NCBI GenBank assembly: GCA_030704615.1
Contig: CM060733.1
Coordinates: forward strand, 21,390,001-21,454,000
Origin: Takakia lepidozioides
Lineage: Eukaryota; Plantae; Bryophyta
DNA: 64,000 bases
Reading direction: 5' to 3'
Part shown: piece by piece, positions 24,480-36,690 of the stretch
Layout: each line of letters begins with the position of its first letter
Position numbering within the stretch: position 1 is the stretch's first letter
Notes under the pieces: generated by a model
Database searches by the model: none
Told to the model about the DNA's origin: nothing
The model's input: the letters and a program-made list of their open reading frames with translations, nothing else
Translations under genes and position numbers: made by a program

Positions 24480-26200
24480 TTGGAGATGTTTCACCCTGCT
24501 CATTGCTCGTCTCCTTGATCTGCTGCTGTTGAGGTTGATTTGGAATGACTGGGGGAATTCCCTGCTCCTAGAGCCTCTTTTGTGTTATCTCTTGGATCTG
24601 TGACAACATCTGCAGTGCATGTGCTGCTCCAGTGCTGTGGGTCTATAGTGACAACGGGCTAAGGACTGCGTTGGAGCTTGATTGCTAACGTTGGTAATCA
24701 CAGCATGACTTGTCACTTCCACTTGGGTCTGAGTTGTCCGATGTAACTCTGAGGGTGATTGCGACATAGTGATCTCCCTCGTTTCTGAGAGTTGAACCTA
24801 AAACACACAATTATATTCATGAAGATTAATAGTTACAAAAGATGGATATCAAACATGTAATCAAATAGTTTACCAAGGAATGTACTACTCAAATTTATTG
24901 CAGACATTCATATCAACGGTTTTCAACAATGTCTCATCATCTACCCAATCATAGTGTTTCTTGATCAGAGATGTTATGTACTTCATTCACTTTCCCAGTA
25001 GACGATCCTTCTCTACGCCTCTTCGTGGGGATGAGAGATTGAAAATCCAAAGGCCTATCACTAGCTGTAGGAACAAAACCCCTATCATCTAGCTCAGCCT
25101 CTACAACATCCAAGGCATTTGTTTCCTCTGGACGTGGGGATATTAGACCCCTCCCAAGTACCGCACCCATTATTGAGTGGACACGATAAGTCGGAATGGC
25201 ATGTGGGACAAGCTCAAGAAACTGCACTGTTGGTGGGCGATCACCATCATCATTGTGAAGACATCCAAGACATCAGCAAACTCTGTCATGGTATTTTCTG
25301 GGACCTGCACATCAGACGCAATTGGATCTACCAGATTCACCAGATTGGCCCGATGACCCGTGGCATCGTAATCCAGCATCAGATTCATAGACCCAAGTTT
25401 CAAATTCCTCTCAAACGACGATAATTTCTCGTTATTTTCCTCGTTATGAGGACTACTAGTACCATCACCAATACCACCAGTACTTGGACCTCGGGTGGCA
25501 CTGCCTTCTGTGATTTGAGGTGAGACTCTTCTGACCACATCGTCTTGTGGTTCCTTACTATTAGTCCCATGTTGATTGTCTTCGTCTGATATGCTGGAAT
25601 CTGAAACATCCACTATGGGATTGATTGTGCTAGGGATAATAGGGTTCAGTGGTGGATCACGCCCTCCATGTTGACTCCCAGCGGTGCTATGTTGGCCTTC
25701 GGTTGGACATTTTCCTTTCTCTTGAAGCGTTAAGTGACGAAACTCTGCCTCTACCTTCTGTTTGCATACCACCTTTTGGTCGTGGGAGTTAAAGTCAAGA
25801 ACGCGTACTTGAAGAGCCTAGTGATATGATGATTAACCGTGTCAGACAAAAGATACAAGCTAGAGACAATGGAAAAATATTAAACATCCTACGCAGGAAT
25901 TATAAAATGACTTCGGACCTTGTTTCAAAGTCATCAACTAACAAAAATGAGATAAGTGAAAGAGATCAAATATATAAAAATAAAGTGAAGAGATATAAAA
26001 AACTGTAACTCAGAATATATTTATAATGATACTAGCACTTACATGGAGATGACAAGAAAGTGCAGGTCCTCCAAAAATATTGACCGCCGCCATTCCTGCC
26101 GTGCAAAACGAAGAGGCGATGTATGCATAGGCAGAGCTGCAAAGCTCATAAGTGTAGGACTTCAAATTCAGCTCGCGGTCTGTAAATTCATCATTTGTAG
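24480..26200 (-). pseudogene. Degenerate spliced ORF(s) of unknown function in the TE cluster
   Basis: 200-aa and 92-aa low-complexity ORFs (25170-25772, 24949-25227) between AT-rich intron-like blocks; no recognisable domain. Confidence 0.3.
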
Positions 26201-26239
26201 CCCTCAAGACAGTCTGAATTGGTTTGAGAGCTAGGAAAT

Positions 26240-29200
26240 CCACTCAAGCTCCTGCTGCAGCACCAGCACCCGTGCGTGCCTTTAACCCAGTTGTGGAGTT
26301 CTTCGAGGAGTTGAGGAGAAACTACCAAAGGATAAGGACAGAGAAATTGCGGAGCTTGCAAGAGTTCCAACGAAGGTCTACCGAGAGTTTGAGGGAGGCT
26401 TACACCCGCATGAGGCGCTTGATAAACGTAACCCAAGGGGTTACAGAAGCTCAGGCAGTCCAGTTCTGGTATGGGATCCTGGACAAGGAGCTGAGGAGAA
26501 GGGTGCGGGATGCAACTCTCCTATAAGTGGACCAACCCACTTTAGCAACTGTGTTTTTGCTGGCAGAGTGGATAGAGCTCAATATGGTGGAGGAGCGAGT
26601 GATCATGGTGGGGTTTGGCAAGGAGAAACAACAAAGTGGGGCTCCTAGCCAACAACAACCACTATCCCAACGTGTTCAAGGCAACAAGAAGGTTCAGGTG
26701 AAGCCGAGGGAAGGACAACAAGGATCTCAGATGCAAAGGTATCTTCCTTCAATCTCAAGCCAACAACAGTTGGGTGTGACTTGTTGGGATTGTGGAGGAC
26801 CCCATGTCAAGAAAGATTGCCCGGAGAGAGGCAAAAGGTTGGCACAGGCACAACCTACACAACTACAGTGTGGGCATTGTGGAAAGTATGGGCATGGGGA
26901 GGCCCATTGTTATGGCTTGCATCCTGAGCTACGGCCAGGCCAGTTCCAAGGGAACAATGGTGGCCGAGGACGAGGCAATGTAGTCCCAAGAGGTAGAGGA
27001 GGCAGAGGTCGGGGTGGAGGTCGTAACCAAAACCAAGGAGCATAGGGTCAGGGTCAAGGTCATGACCAAGGCATGGTGGATAGACTTGCTTAGCTAGAGC
27101 AACGTCTTACTGCCATGGCCACTGCTCATGTTGCGCCAGCTCCAAGGCTTGAGGTTCAAGCCCCACCTGCACAACCTCCTATGCCTAGGGAAGACCAGAT
27201 TGGTATGGGCTTCATGTGTGGAGCCGCACTTGCAGGGCCATTGCATGTATTGGACTCTTCTGCTGTTGTCACTCGAGCAGCAACGCGTGCTCCTGAGCCA
27301 AGAAAAGCAGATGTGGATTTTGATCCACAAAGGGGGGAAGCAAGTCGTCAGACAAGGCTTCCACAGTCCTTTACATTGGCTAAGATAGTGCCACCTACAC
27401 CATTAATGGCACCCGCTCGCCACAAATACCATTGGGGAGAGTTGGTGTAGCTCGGGAAACGCCAGTGGGTGGTGCTGTAAAACAAGGTGCAACCAGTACA
27501 TTGTTGGGGGCGGCTACGGCGGTTTGCCAAGCTCCATTATTTTCTGCAATGACCATTGCAATGCCGGGGATTCGGCCAGCTGCTGTGTTCAGACTAGCAG
27601 CTAGACTCTGTGAGAGTGGTGATGCATCGGCACTATCTGCGGAGATAGCAGATAAGGTATAGTCTATGGATGCTTTGGATTCGATGGTGAAGTCAGCCAC
27701 AGCTGCGCCATGGCAAGCGGCAGTTGCAAAGTTGCAGGAGTTGCCAGCTAGGCCAGCCATTGAGTGCAGCATGGTGACTCCTTGGGTAGTCCTGGTGGAC
27801 AATCAGGATGGAATGTTTCAATTAGGTGGCCCAACCGGGAGGAGGTATAGGCCACTGCGGGTCTTGTTGGACTCGGGAGCACAGCCATTGATGTTGGGGA
27901 GAACAGCAATTGCAGGCTTGGGCCTCACAGAGGCGGATTTGAAGCCTTGCCCTTTCCAAATTCAAACATCTTTGGGTGGTTCAGAGAAGGCGCGAGGGAT
28001 TACACGCCATGAGCTCTTCATTCGATTGCAGCCGGATTATCCTACGGACGGCTCAATCATGAGAGCTAAAGCCATTGTTACGGACGCGATGTCCTATGAT
28101 GTGCTTGTTGGTGGGGCTGTGTTGTACCCCATGGGCTTTACTTTGGACTTTTGGGAGGAAACGACATCCTACAGGCCGGAATGGCAGTCAGGGGATGGTC
28201 GACGTGCACTGCTCCTAGTGCGGTTTATTGGGAATGTAGCGGTGGATCATAGGAACATGATGCCCATATTGGCTGCATTCTCAGGGGTGGTGGCTTGGGG
28301 TGGTGAGCTCTTGGAGGGCAATAGCCATGCAGATGATAGGCCACCATCTGATGAAGACAAGCAATTGGCATACAAGGCTGAGTTGCTTCCTCATGTTTCT
28401 ATGTATAGCTCACTGTGGAATGCAGTTGGGGATTTAGAGCGAGTGGCAAGCCAGTGTGTGCAGCAAGCATGGCAGGAGGCATTTCCATCGGTAGGTGAGG
28501 GGAGTTCAGTTACATCACCTGGACCTCCTCAATTAGCTCCATTGGACACAGTGCCTATTATCTGGCAACAACCTGACTCACGCATTTGTTTGCTAGACCT
28601 GTTTGGAGGCATGAGCACTGGGCTTGTAGGAGTGTTGCAAGCAGGAATCAAAGTACACAAGTACTTGTATGTGGAGAAGGATGAGATTGCTCGGCGTGTT
28701 TCCATGCGCTATGTTGCGTTGCTCACACATCAGTATTCTGAGTTGTTGCATGTCTCAGCAATTCAAGGGTATCAAAAGGCCTTGCCAGCAGACATTACCT
28801 TGCTGGGGGCGGATGATTTGGACCAGCATGGTGCCATTGACTTGGTGATAGCTAGATGGCCTTGCCAAGGACACTCTCCCGCAGGTCATGGGAATGGCTT
28901 GTATGATGCACGATCGCATTTGTTTTGGGAGATGTTGCGAGTGTTGTGTGGTGTTGCAGGTGAGGCAAGTGCAACCTCCAGCTTACATCCTAGAGAATGT
29001 TCTTCTCATGGGGGATTCTCGAGCCAGGGTTATGGCCAATGTGCATCAGATCCGGTCATGGATTGGACCAGCTGTATTGTTTGGATGCAGCTGCAATGGG
29101 TTCACGAGCACATAGGCCTAGGTTGTGGTGGACCAATCTTGCACCACCAGAGTTGCTCAAGAGAGCCTATGATTCCATTCAACAGCCACCCAACCTCACG

Positions 29201-32200
29201 GTTGAGGGCATTTTGGACCAAGGGAGGCAACCATAGAGAATGCGACATAATGATCGTCCACCTTTGGTGGTGGTCAATCGAATGGGGCAGCCACGTGCAG
29301 CCTTGTCTACGCTCATGAGCTTTCCCTCGTCTCATGCTTTTCGAGACAATGGTCCTGGGTTGATTTGGGACAGTGTGCTACAGCAATTGGTGGAGCCCAA
29401 TGCGGATGAGCGAGAGCGGGCAATGGGATTTGCCACGGGCACTACAGCTGTGCCAACTCTGTGAGAGGCATCACGACGCTAGGTGTTGGGTCAGGCAATG
29501 GATCTCAATTGCTTGACATGGGTCATTGGCTTGTGTATGGCTGAGCAACGGAGATTGCAAGCATTGGTGGCTACTTCCGCTCTCCCGTTGGATATTGCAC
29601 CATCTCTGTCAACCGGGACGGTGGAGGCAGTGAGTGGGGGCGAGCACAGGATCATGGGGTGCAAACACCCATGGCAGATGTGGGATGAGATGCGCAAAGA
29701 GAGAGTCATTGGATCTCTCAAGCAGCAGTTTGAGGAGTGGGGAGAGCCATACACTGAGGATCAGTTGGAGGACAAGGTGGCTAAGATTTTTGAAGAGGTT
29801 GAGAATGTTTCTTGTTCAGAGGATGTTCTCAAGGTGGCTATGGCGGAGCAAATGGAGACTACACCACAGTCAGAGTGAGCGGACAAGGCCCAAGAGGTTG
29901 CTATCTAGCAACCAAAGGATTCGTCTCCTACCTCCAAGCCTGGTGTACCCAAGGTTGCAGTCACTGATGACAATTGGGAACCAGATGTTGGACCTACAAT
30001 CACCAGAGGAGAGAGACGGAGGATCCAGCGATTTCTAAGGGCTTATAGAAATTGCTTTGCCTTCGGTTTGAAGGATTTGGGGAGTTTGAAGGGTCAGGAG
30101 TTTCGTATTGATTTGGCAAATGACACACCAATCTTTCGAAGGCCCTACCGGTATAGTGACATGGAGAGGTCATTGTTCCAGTCACGGACTATGGAGTTGT
30201 TCGAAACTGGATTGGTGGAGTTGTCAGGCGGGGAGTATGCCTCGGCAACGGTGATGCCAGCTAAGAAGGATATCTATGGCAATTGGACAGAAAGAAGGAT
30301 GTGTGGGGACTATTGTCCTGTGAACCGTCAGACTAAGTCCGATAGATATGCCATGCCAACTCCAGAGGAGATCTTTGATGCCATTGGGCATGCAAAGGTG
30401 TTTAGCACATTGGACTTGCGATCCGGTTACCACCAGTTGCCAATCAAAGAGGCTGACAAGCAAAAGTCGACATTATGGGGGAAGACCAACATGGGAAGGA
30501 TTGTTTGTACCAATGGCGGTTCTTATCATTTGGGTTGAAGAATGCTCCTGCAGAGTTTCAGAGGGTCATGGATAGGATTCTCGTGGGGCTAGACTTCGTC
30601 CGGTGCTACATTGATGACATCATCGTCTTTAGTGCTACGGTTGAGGAGCATGAGAGACACCTTCAGGTGGTGTTTGAGCGTTTGAGAGCGCACGGGTTGA
30701 AACTGCACCCCGGAAAGTGCAAGTTCTTCCACAATCAGATTGAGTATCTGGGCCACATGATATACCCTGGAGGATTGGGTGTTCAACAGATAAAGGTGGA
30801 GGCCATTGCATGCATTCCATGCCCCATGGATGTGAGCAAAGTTCGTACTTTCATGGGATTGGCAAACTACTATCGACGGTTTGTCAAGGGATTTAACAGC
30901 ATTGCAAAGGCTTTTACCAAGTTGACCAAGGTGGGTCAGGAGTAGCAGTGGGAGGAGGAGCAAGAGGAAGCCTTTGAGGAACTCAAGGCTCGATTGACTT
31001 CTGCACCTATTCTGAGGCGGCCTATTCGGGGGCGGCCTTTCCAGCTACATATGGATTGGAGTATGCTGGGGATTGGAGCAGTGCTCACACAAGTGGATGA
31101 TGAGGGAAGAGAGTTCATAGTGGCATATGCTAGCCGCTCGAACAATGATGCCGAGGCGAAGTATAGTTCATATGAAGGGGAGTGTCTGGCTGTAGTATGG
31201 GCAGTGACACATTTTAGATGCTACCTCTATGGCAATCTCTTCACTCTTGTCACGGATCACCAACCATTGAAATGGTTGATGAAGTCAGACAAGCTTACAG
31301 GGAAGCTTGCACGGTGGGCACTTATGCTTCAAGAGTACGACTTCCAGGTGGTGCATCGAGCCGAAATAGTCAACCGGGATGCGGATGGATTGAGTCTCAA
31401 ACCATGCACAAGTGAGCTTGATGATACAGGAGCTCGTTGGCATGGTGAGACGGACGAGGAGATGGTGCCAAGATAGCACGCATCTGCCTTTTTATGCATT
31501 CTAGCAATGGGAGCTCAAGCTGGTCCATCCCATGTGATTGATCATAGAGATAGTGTGCATGACGATCTAGAGATCAGTGAGGAGCTTGGTGGTGCTAAGG
31601 ATATACATGAAGATGCAGCAGTGTTGGTCTACCTTCGTACTGGAGAGACAGCAGCCAGTGTGACTGCTAAGGAGAGAGATCAGATCCTACAACGAGCCAA
31701 GAGGTTCAAGTAGGAGGGGACCCACCTATTCCGAGTATGGGAGGATGAACGAGTGAGGATTATGCCTCATCCAACACAGCGAGCGCGATTGCTACGCCAT
31801 GCCCATGAAGAGTTGGGATATTTTGGGGTGCGGCGCACTCATAGTTTGCTGCAATGACAGTATTGTGGCGGGGTATGCACACGGATGTGCAACAGTTAGT
31901 GACAAGGTGCATGGTGTGTGATAGAGTGCGGGCTTCTTTTAATGCACCTACTCCACAATTGCATCCTTTACCCATTATGGGTTTGGGCTATCGTTGGAGT
32001 CTTGATCGCAGGCCCATTGCCACTGACGATTCGCCATAACAAGTATGTGCTGGTGATGATGGAACATTTCTCCAAATGGATTGAATTGGTGGCATTACTT
32101 GACAAGGCAAGTGAGGGGGTTGCGTATGTATTCTTAGATCGAGTGCTTAGCCAATTTGGTGCTCCAGTCGAGGTACTCACGGACTAGGGGAGAGAGTTCT

Positions 32201-32652
32201 TGGGGGGATTTTAGGCTTTGTGTGAGCAAGCCTTGATAGATCACTGCACTATTTTTCGGGATCATCCCGAGGCTGATGGCTTGGCGGAGAGAGTTGTTCA
32301 GACAGTCAAGAGAGATTTGCGCAAATACGGTTTGCAGAAGGGACACATAGGAGATTGGGACCTTCAGCTGCCTTGGTTAGCTATGGGCTATAGATTCAGC
32401 AAATAAGCTTCACTTGCCTCCTTCTCATCTTACTTTCTTCTCTTCAGCCGAGAGCCAGATATGCCTGCAACTATTCGCAAGGAGACTGCAGTAGTCCTCA
32501 ACCTTGATGATCCGGATGTGTGGACACAAGCATGTGCCTAACGGGCAGAGTTGTTCAAGAGAGTCATGCCTATGGCTTTTGAGAACCTTGCTATTGCCCA
32601 ACACCGAGACACATTGAGGTACGCCACTATACGTGGAGGGGGATATCGGCCA
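26240..32652 (+). mobile_element. Ty3/gypsy internal region gag-PR-DNMT-RT-RNaseH-INT; LTR-less, truncated at both ends, degenerate
   Basis: Gag zinc knuckles CWDCGGPHVKKDC and CGHCGKYGHGEAHC; protease VLLDSGAQ; RT RMCGDY, FSTLDLRSGYHQ, FGLKNAP, YIDDII; RNase H DWS..YEGECLAVVWAV..VTDHQPL; integrase HHCC, WSLD, VLTD, DGLAER. Confidence 0.95.
28581..29535 (+). pseudogene. C5 cytosine DNA methyltransferase domain (DNMT3-like) inside the gypsy pol
   Basis: Motif I LLDLFGGMSTG, II YVEKD, III ADI, IV WPCQGHS (PCQ 28860-28868), VI ILENV (ENV 28993-29001), VIII AHRPRLWWTN, IX ERERAMGF, X VLGQAMD. In frame with the protease in ORF 27666-29318; two frameshifts and three stops. Confidence 0.92.
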
Positions 32653-32929
32653 AGTGATCGTCTCAGTGCAAGTTCTAGTTGTGAGAGCTCCTATAGAGTA
32701 CGCATAATCTGCAACACAATGATAAGATTGAGATAGTGGTAGTCACTAGGAGCTAACTCTTGATATGTATATATATACTTGGACTGTTTTTGTGATACAT
32801 AGATGTATTGTAAATTTGTTGGTTAGTGTGCAGTATCTTAGAAATGTTATAATGTGGAGGTCCTAGGTTCAAATATGCATTGCCTAATATATGTAGAACA
32901 ATGCATGAACTGCCATTGGACAAAATCGG

Positions 32930-33093
32930 AGTCAATGGTCAACTAGTTTTTGAAATTCAAATTCAAATTCAAATTCAAATTTTTCCACCTAAATTCTGTA
33001 CCCCGTACTGTGACGTCTGGGGGTTGCATTTACGACCCCCAGACGTCCCTAATGTGACGTCGCAGAAAAAACGTCGCAGAAAAAAACGTTTGT

Positions 33094-33124
<31 letters not shown>

Positions 33125-33354
33125 CGTGATGCCGGACGTCGCAAGTCGCGCCGGCGCCGCGGCCGGGGGGTCTCGGGGGGTTTGCGATTCCCCGACGATG
33201 CTAATTAGCGATGTTCCGGGAGCGACGTCTCTGCGACTTCCCGACGTCGCTAAATACCCCCGGCATGCCCCGGGCGCCGTAGAGTATTTTTGTAGCTAAT
33301 CGCGGCGGTTGGAGGTCGCTGGGGCATTGCTACCCCCCCCCAAATGTAGTAGTG
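32930..33354. mobile_element. Terminus of a CACTA (En/Spm) element
   Basis: Ends in ...CAAATGTAGTAGTG (rc CACTACTACATTTG) at 33354, preceded by clustered GACGTC/CGACGTCG subterminal repeats. L1 sequence resumes immediately after. The partner end was not found. Confidence 0.6.
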
Positions 33355-34209
33355 TCTCTGCCAGAGTTTGACGAGCTGTTCTGAATTTTTACGCCAAACG
33401 GGAGTCTTCCCCATCCCCCCCCCACTCTCTGTTCATGCTGAATTTCCTGCCTGCTCACATGCATTCTGCTTCCCCTGTATGGGCCAGCCTTAGGGCTCTA
33501 ACTTTGTGGAACCTGTGGAAAGTGAGATGTGCGTATGTTTATGAGGGGAAACCCCCCAGGGGTAGGTCCGTGCTCTTCTGCATATACTAAGATTTGCTTA
33601 CTGAGGGAAGAAAAACTTGGAACATTCCGTGTGCAGCTGTTTCCAGATCTTCAGAACAACGCGGGAGGCAGCTGCTCGATGATTTTCAACAGTCCTGGGG
33701 CAAAAATGACACTCTTGGAACCTATCTACCTGTCATGCGGTTCTGTTGGCAAGTCACCATTCCTACTGCTTGGGATGTCTCATGGCGATGGAGATAATGA
33801 GGACTTCAACTGGAGGCACAAAAAAGCTCGCGTCACAAAGTTTAGAACATAGCTACGTTTCTAGTATGTAGCAGTTGCCATTATCTGCAGCCTTGGTTCA
33901 TGTTTCCAGTCAGGGTACTTACAATGTGACATTCTCGTCCATCTTCACTCTAGGCTTGGATAACTTTGCTGCTTATCAACATTCTCCTTGGTACTCTTCT
34001 CCCCTCTTCTCATCTCGTTACACCATCTGTCTTCTCGTTTCTCGGTTTTCTCACCTCTTCAGATAGCTTGTAAGCTATGGTTACGGGGAAGATTCCCCTC
34101 TGTTAGCCTTACGGCCTCCATGGTGGTTATTTTTTCCACCTTTTTGTGAACATTTTTAAAATCTAATTTGTTTAAAAGGGTCTCCGTCCCCTTACTTCAA
34201 AAAAAATAA

Positions 34210-36690
34210 AATTATAGATAATAATTTATATGTTTATATTTTCTCCCTCTTATAACCCCTTAGATTGCTGAAACGGGTCTGAAGGGCGATTATTTATGTC
34301 TTTCCATTTTTCTCCTCTTAGGACTGTCCTAAGAAGTCCTAAGGGCAATTATAAATAATAATTTATATATTTTTATTTTCCCTCTCTTAGAACTCCTTAG
34401 GGCCGCCCTAAGGAGTCCTAATGGCAATTATAAATAATAATTTAATCTTTTAATTTTCTCATCTTAGGACTCCTTAGGACTGTCCTATGAAGCCCTAAGG
34501 ATATTTATAAATAATAAGTTATACGTTTTCATTTTCCCATGTCTTAGGACTCCTTAAGGCCTTCCTAAGGAGTCCTAAGGGCAATTTATAAACAATAATT
34601 TATACGTTTATATTTTCCTCCTCTTATAACCCCTTAGGTTGCTTAAATGGGTCTTAAGGGCAATTATTTATGTCTTTCCAATTTTCTCCTCTTAGGACTC
34701 CTTAGCCTAAGAAGCCCTAATGATAATTATAAATAATAATTTATATGTTTTCATTTTTCCCTCTCTTAGGACTCCTTAAGGCAATTATAATCATAATTTA
34801 TATATTTCCATTTCCCCCATCTTAGGACTCCTTAGGGTAGTCTTAAAGGCAATTATAGACAATAATTATATGTTCCATTTTTCCCCTCTTATAACTCCTT
34901 AGGTTGCCTAAACGGCTCTTAAGAGCAATTATTTATGTCTTTCCATTTTTTTCCTCTTAGAACTCCTTAGGACTATCCTAAGAAGTCCTAAGGGTAATTA
35001 TAAATAATAATGTATATGTTTTTATTTTTTTCTATAATTTATATGTTTCCATTTTCCCCAGGAGTCCTAAGGGAAATCATAGATAATAATCTATATGTTT
35101 CTATTCTCCCCCTCTTATAACCCCTTAGGTTGCCTAAACGGGTCTTAACCCTTAAGTTCCCAAGCCCTTTTTTGATTTTTTACCAATTTTGGGTACCCAG
35201 CTGCAGTAAATTGCCCCTAGAAACCTACCGAAAATCATCCAGAGATTCCAGCCTTATAGCAATGGGCCTAGCTCATTTATGCATGACATACCAAAAAAGG
35301 AGCCAAGTCCACCGTAGAAATTGTGAGATTATAGCGTTGGCCCGGACCTCAAATATCAGGTCCCAAAGAAAAAGTGAGAAAGAAATTGGTTTGACCAAAT
35401 CAAAACCTAGTTTTCTCCAATTTTGCTTGCCCCAAGACCCCAAATCAATAGTGGAGTGGCTATGACCCCACTAAATTGCAGGTGCAACTGATTTTTTCAC
35501 CTATGGTTGCTATTCATCGAGAAAATGTGCTTCCAAATGAAGTATTTTTTTGTCTACAAACTTTTTTAAAGCCAAAGGTGGATGTGTGTATGTAATGCTC
35601 ACACACCACAAGGTGAAGTGCTTTAATTTTATGCCAAAAATGGCCTTTGGAGTGCAATCTGTTTTGGGCTTGTTTACCTGCCACGTCAGCGGTCAATAAG
35701 CCCTTTTCAGGCCCCAAAATGTAAATGAGAGATCTAAGATATTTTTTGTAGGTCCAAGTTTTTTAAATTGTTTTTTGCATCGTACTCAAGACAAATCCCT
35801 TGTCATTAAAGCTTCAGGAGTGGGCCCCATCAGATTAGATCTGCAAAAATTAGGTCGAACTGCAAATTCAAAGTGATCCGATTCAGGTCGCTTGGGAACT
35901 TAAGGGTTAAGGGCAAATATTTATGTCTTCTCATTTTTTTTTCCTTTTAGGACTCCTTAGGACTGTTCTAAGAAGTCCTAAGGGTAATTATAAATAATAA
36001 TATACATATTTCAATTTTCCTCCCCTTATGACTCCTCAGGGCAATCCTAAGGAGTCCTAAGGGCAATTATAAATAATATCTTATTATTTCTCTATTTTTA
36101 ATATAGGTACTAACACGTAAAGTTTTTTTCAAAAAAAGATGTCAATGCATTACAAATGGATGTATGAATGTTTATCGAAAATAAAATTTTGTTTTAATTA
36201 TAATAAATGACGACAACCTACCAATTTTGTTGGTACATACCAATAAATAGTATATTTGAGTCATAAATATAATTACCAAAGTTGATATATTTATTATAGT
36301 AGTTTATATTTTTTCTATTTCCCTTAGAAAATATTATTTTCTTTTAGATTTATAAATAATAATTACATATTTCTATTTCCCCCCATCTTATGACTCCTTA
36401 GGCAATCCTAAGGAGTCCTAAGGGCAGTTATAAATAATATCTTATTATTTTTCTATTTTTAACATAGGTATTAACACGTAAAGGTTTATTTCAAGAAAAG
36501 ATGTCAATGCATTACAAATGAATGTATGAACGTTTATCAAAAATAAAGTTTTGTTTTAATTATAATAAATGAGGACAATCTACCAATTTTGTCAGTACAT
36601 ACCAATAAATAATATATGTGATTCATAAATATAATGACCAAAGTTGATACATTTATTATAATAGTTTATATATTTTTTATTTCCCTATAG
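34210..36690. repeat. Palindromic-unit AT-rich satellite or foldback-like array, right part
   Basis: Many ~55-60 bp units TTAGGACTCCTTAGG..CCTAAGGAGTCCTAAGGGCAATTATAAATAATAATTTATA, plus a ~360-bp duplication (~35990-36320 vs ~36350-36690). Confidence 0.9.
35149..35906. mobile_element. Non-autonomous piggyBac-like element (TTAA-specific MITE)
   Basis: Perfect 17-bp TIR CCCTTAAGTTCCCAAGC...GCTTGGGAACTTAAGGG. TTAA TSD at 35145-35148 and 35907-35910. An empty sister site GGGTCTTAAGGGCAA lies at ~34650. Confidence 0.85.

Larger units (their letters stand above)
12251..34209 (+). mobile_element. L1-clade LINE, fragmented by nested insertions and a partial inversion
   Basis: Inserted into the satellite with an AATTATA duplication (12244-12250, 34210-34216) and an A-rich tail. 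ORF1 at ~13200-14240, EN at ~22029-22608, EN/linker/RT start on the minus strand at ~18470-19390, and the ORF2 C-terminal motif LWNLWKVRCAYVYEG at ~33503-33547. Confidence 0.72.

Noticed and set aside
28581-29535. Host DNMT3/DRM/CMT gene or bacterial contamination
   Set aside because: Intronless, lacks PWWP/UBA/BAH domains, has non-permuted motif order (unlike DRM), and is in frame with a retroviral-type protease inside a plant-context gypsy.
34210-36690. Palindromic repeats resembling a CRISPR array
   Set aside because: Spacers are themselves repetitive, units are degenerate, there are no cas genes and the context is eukaryotic.
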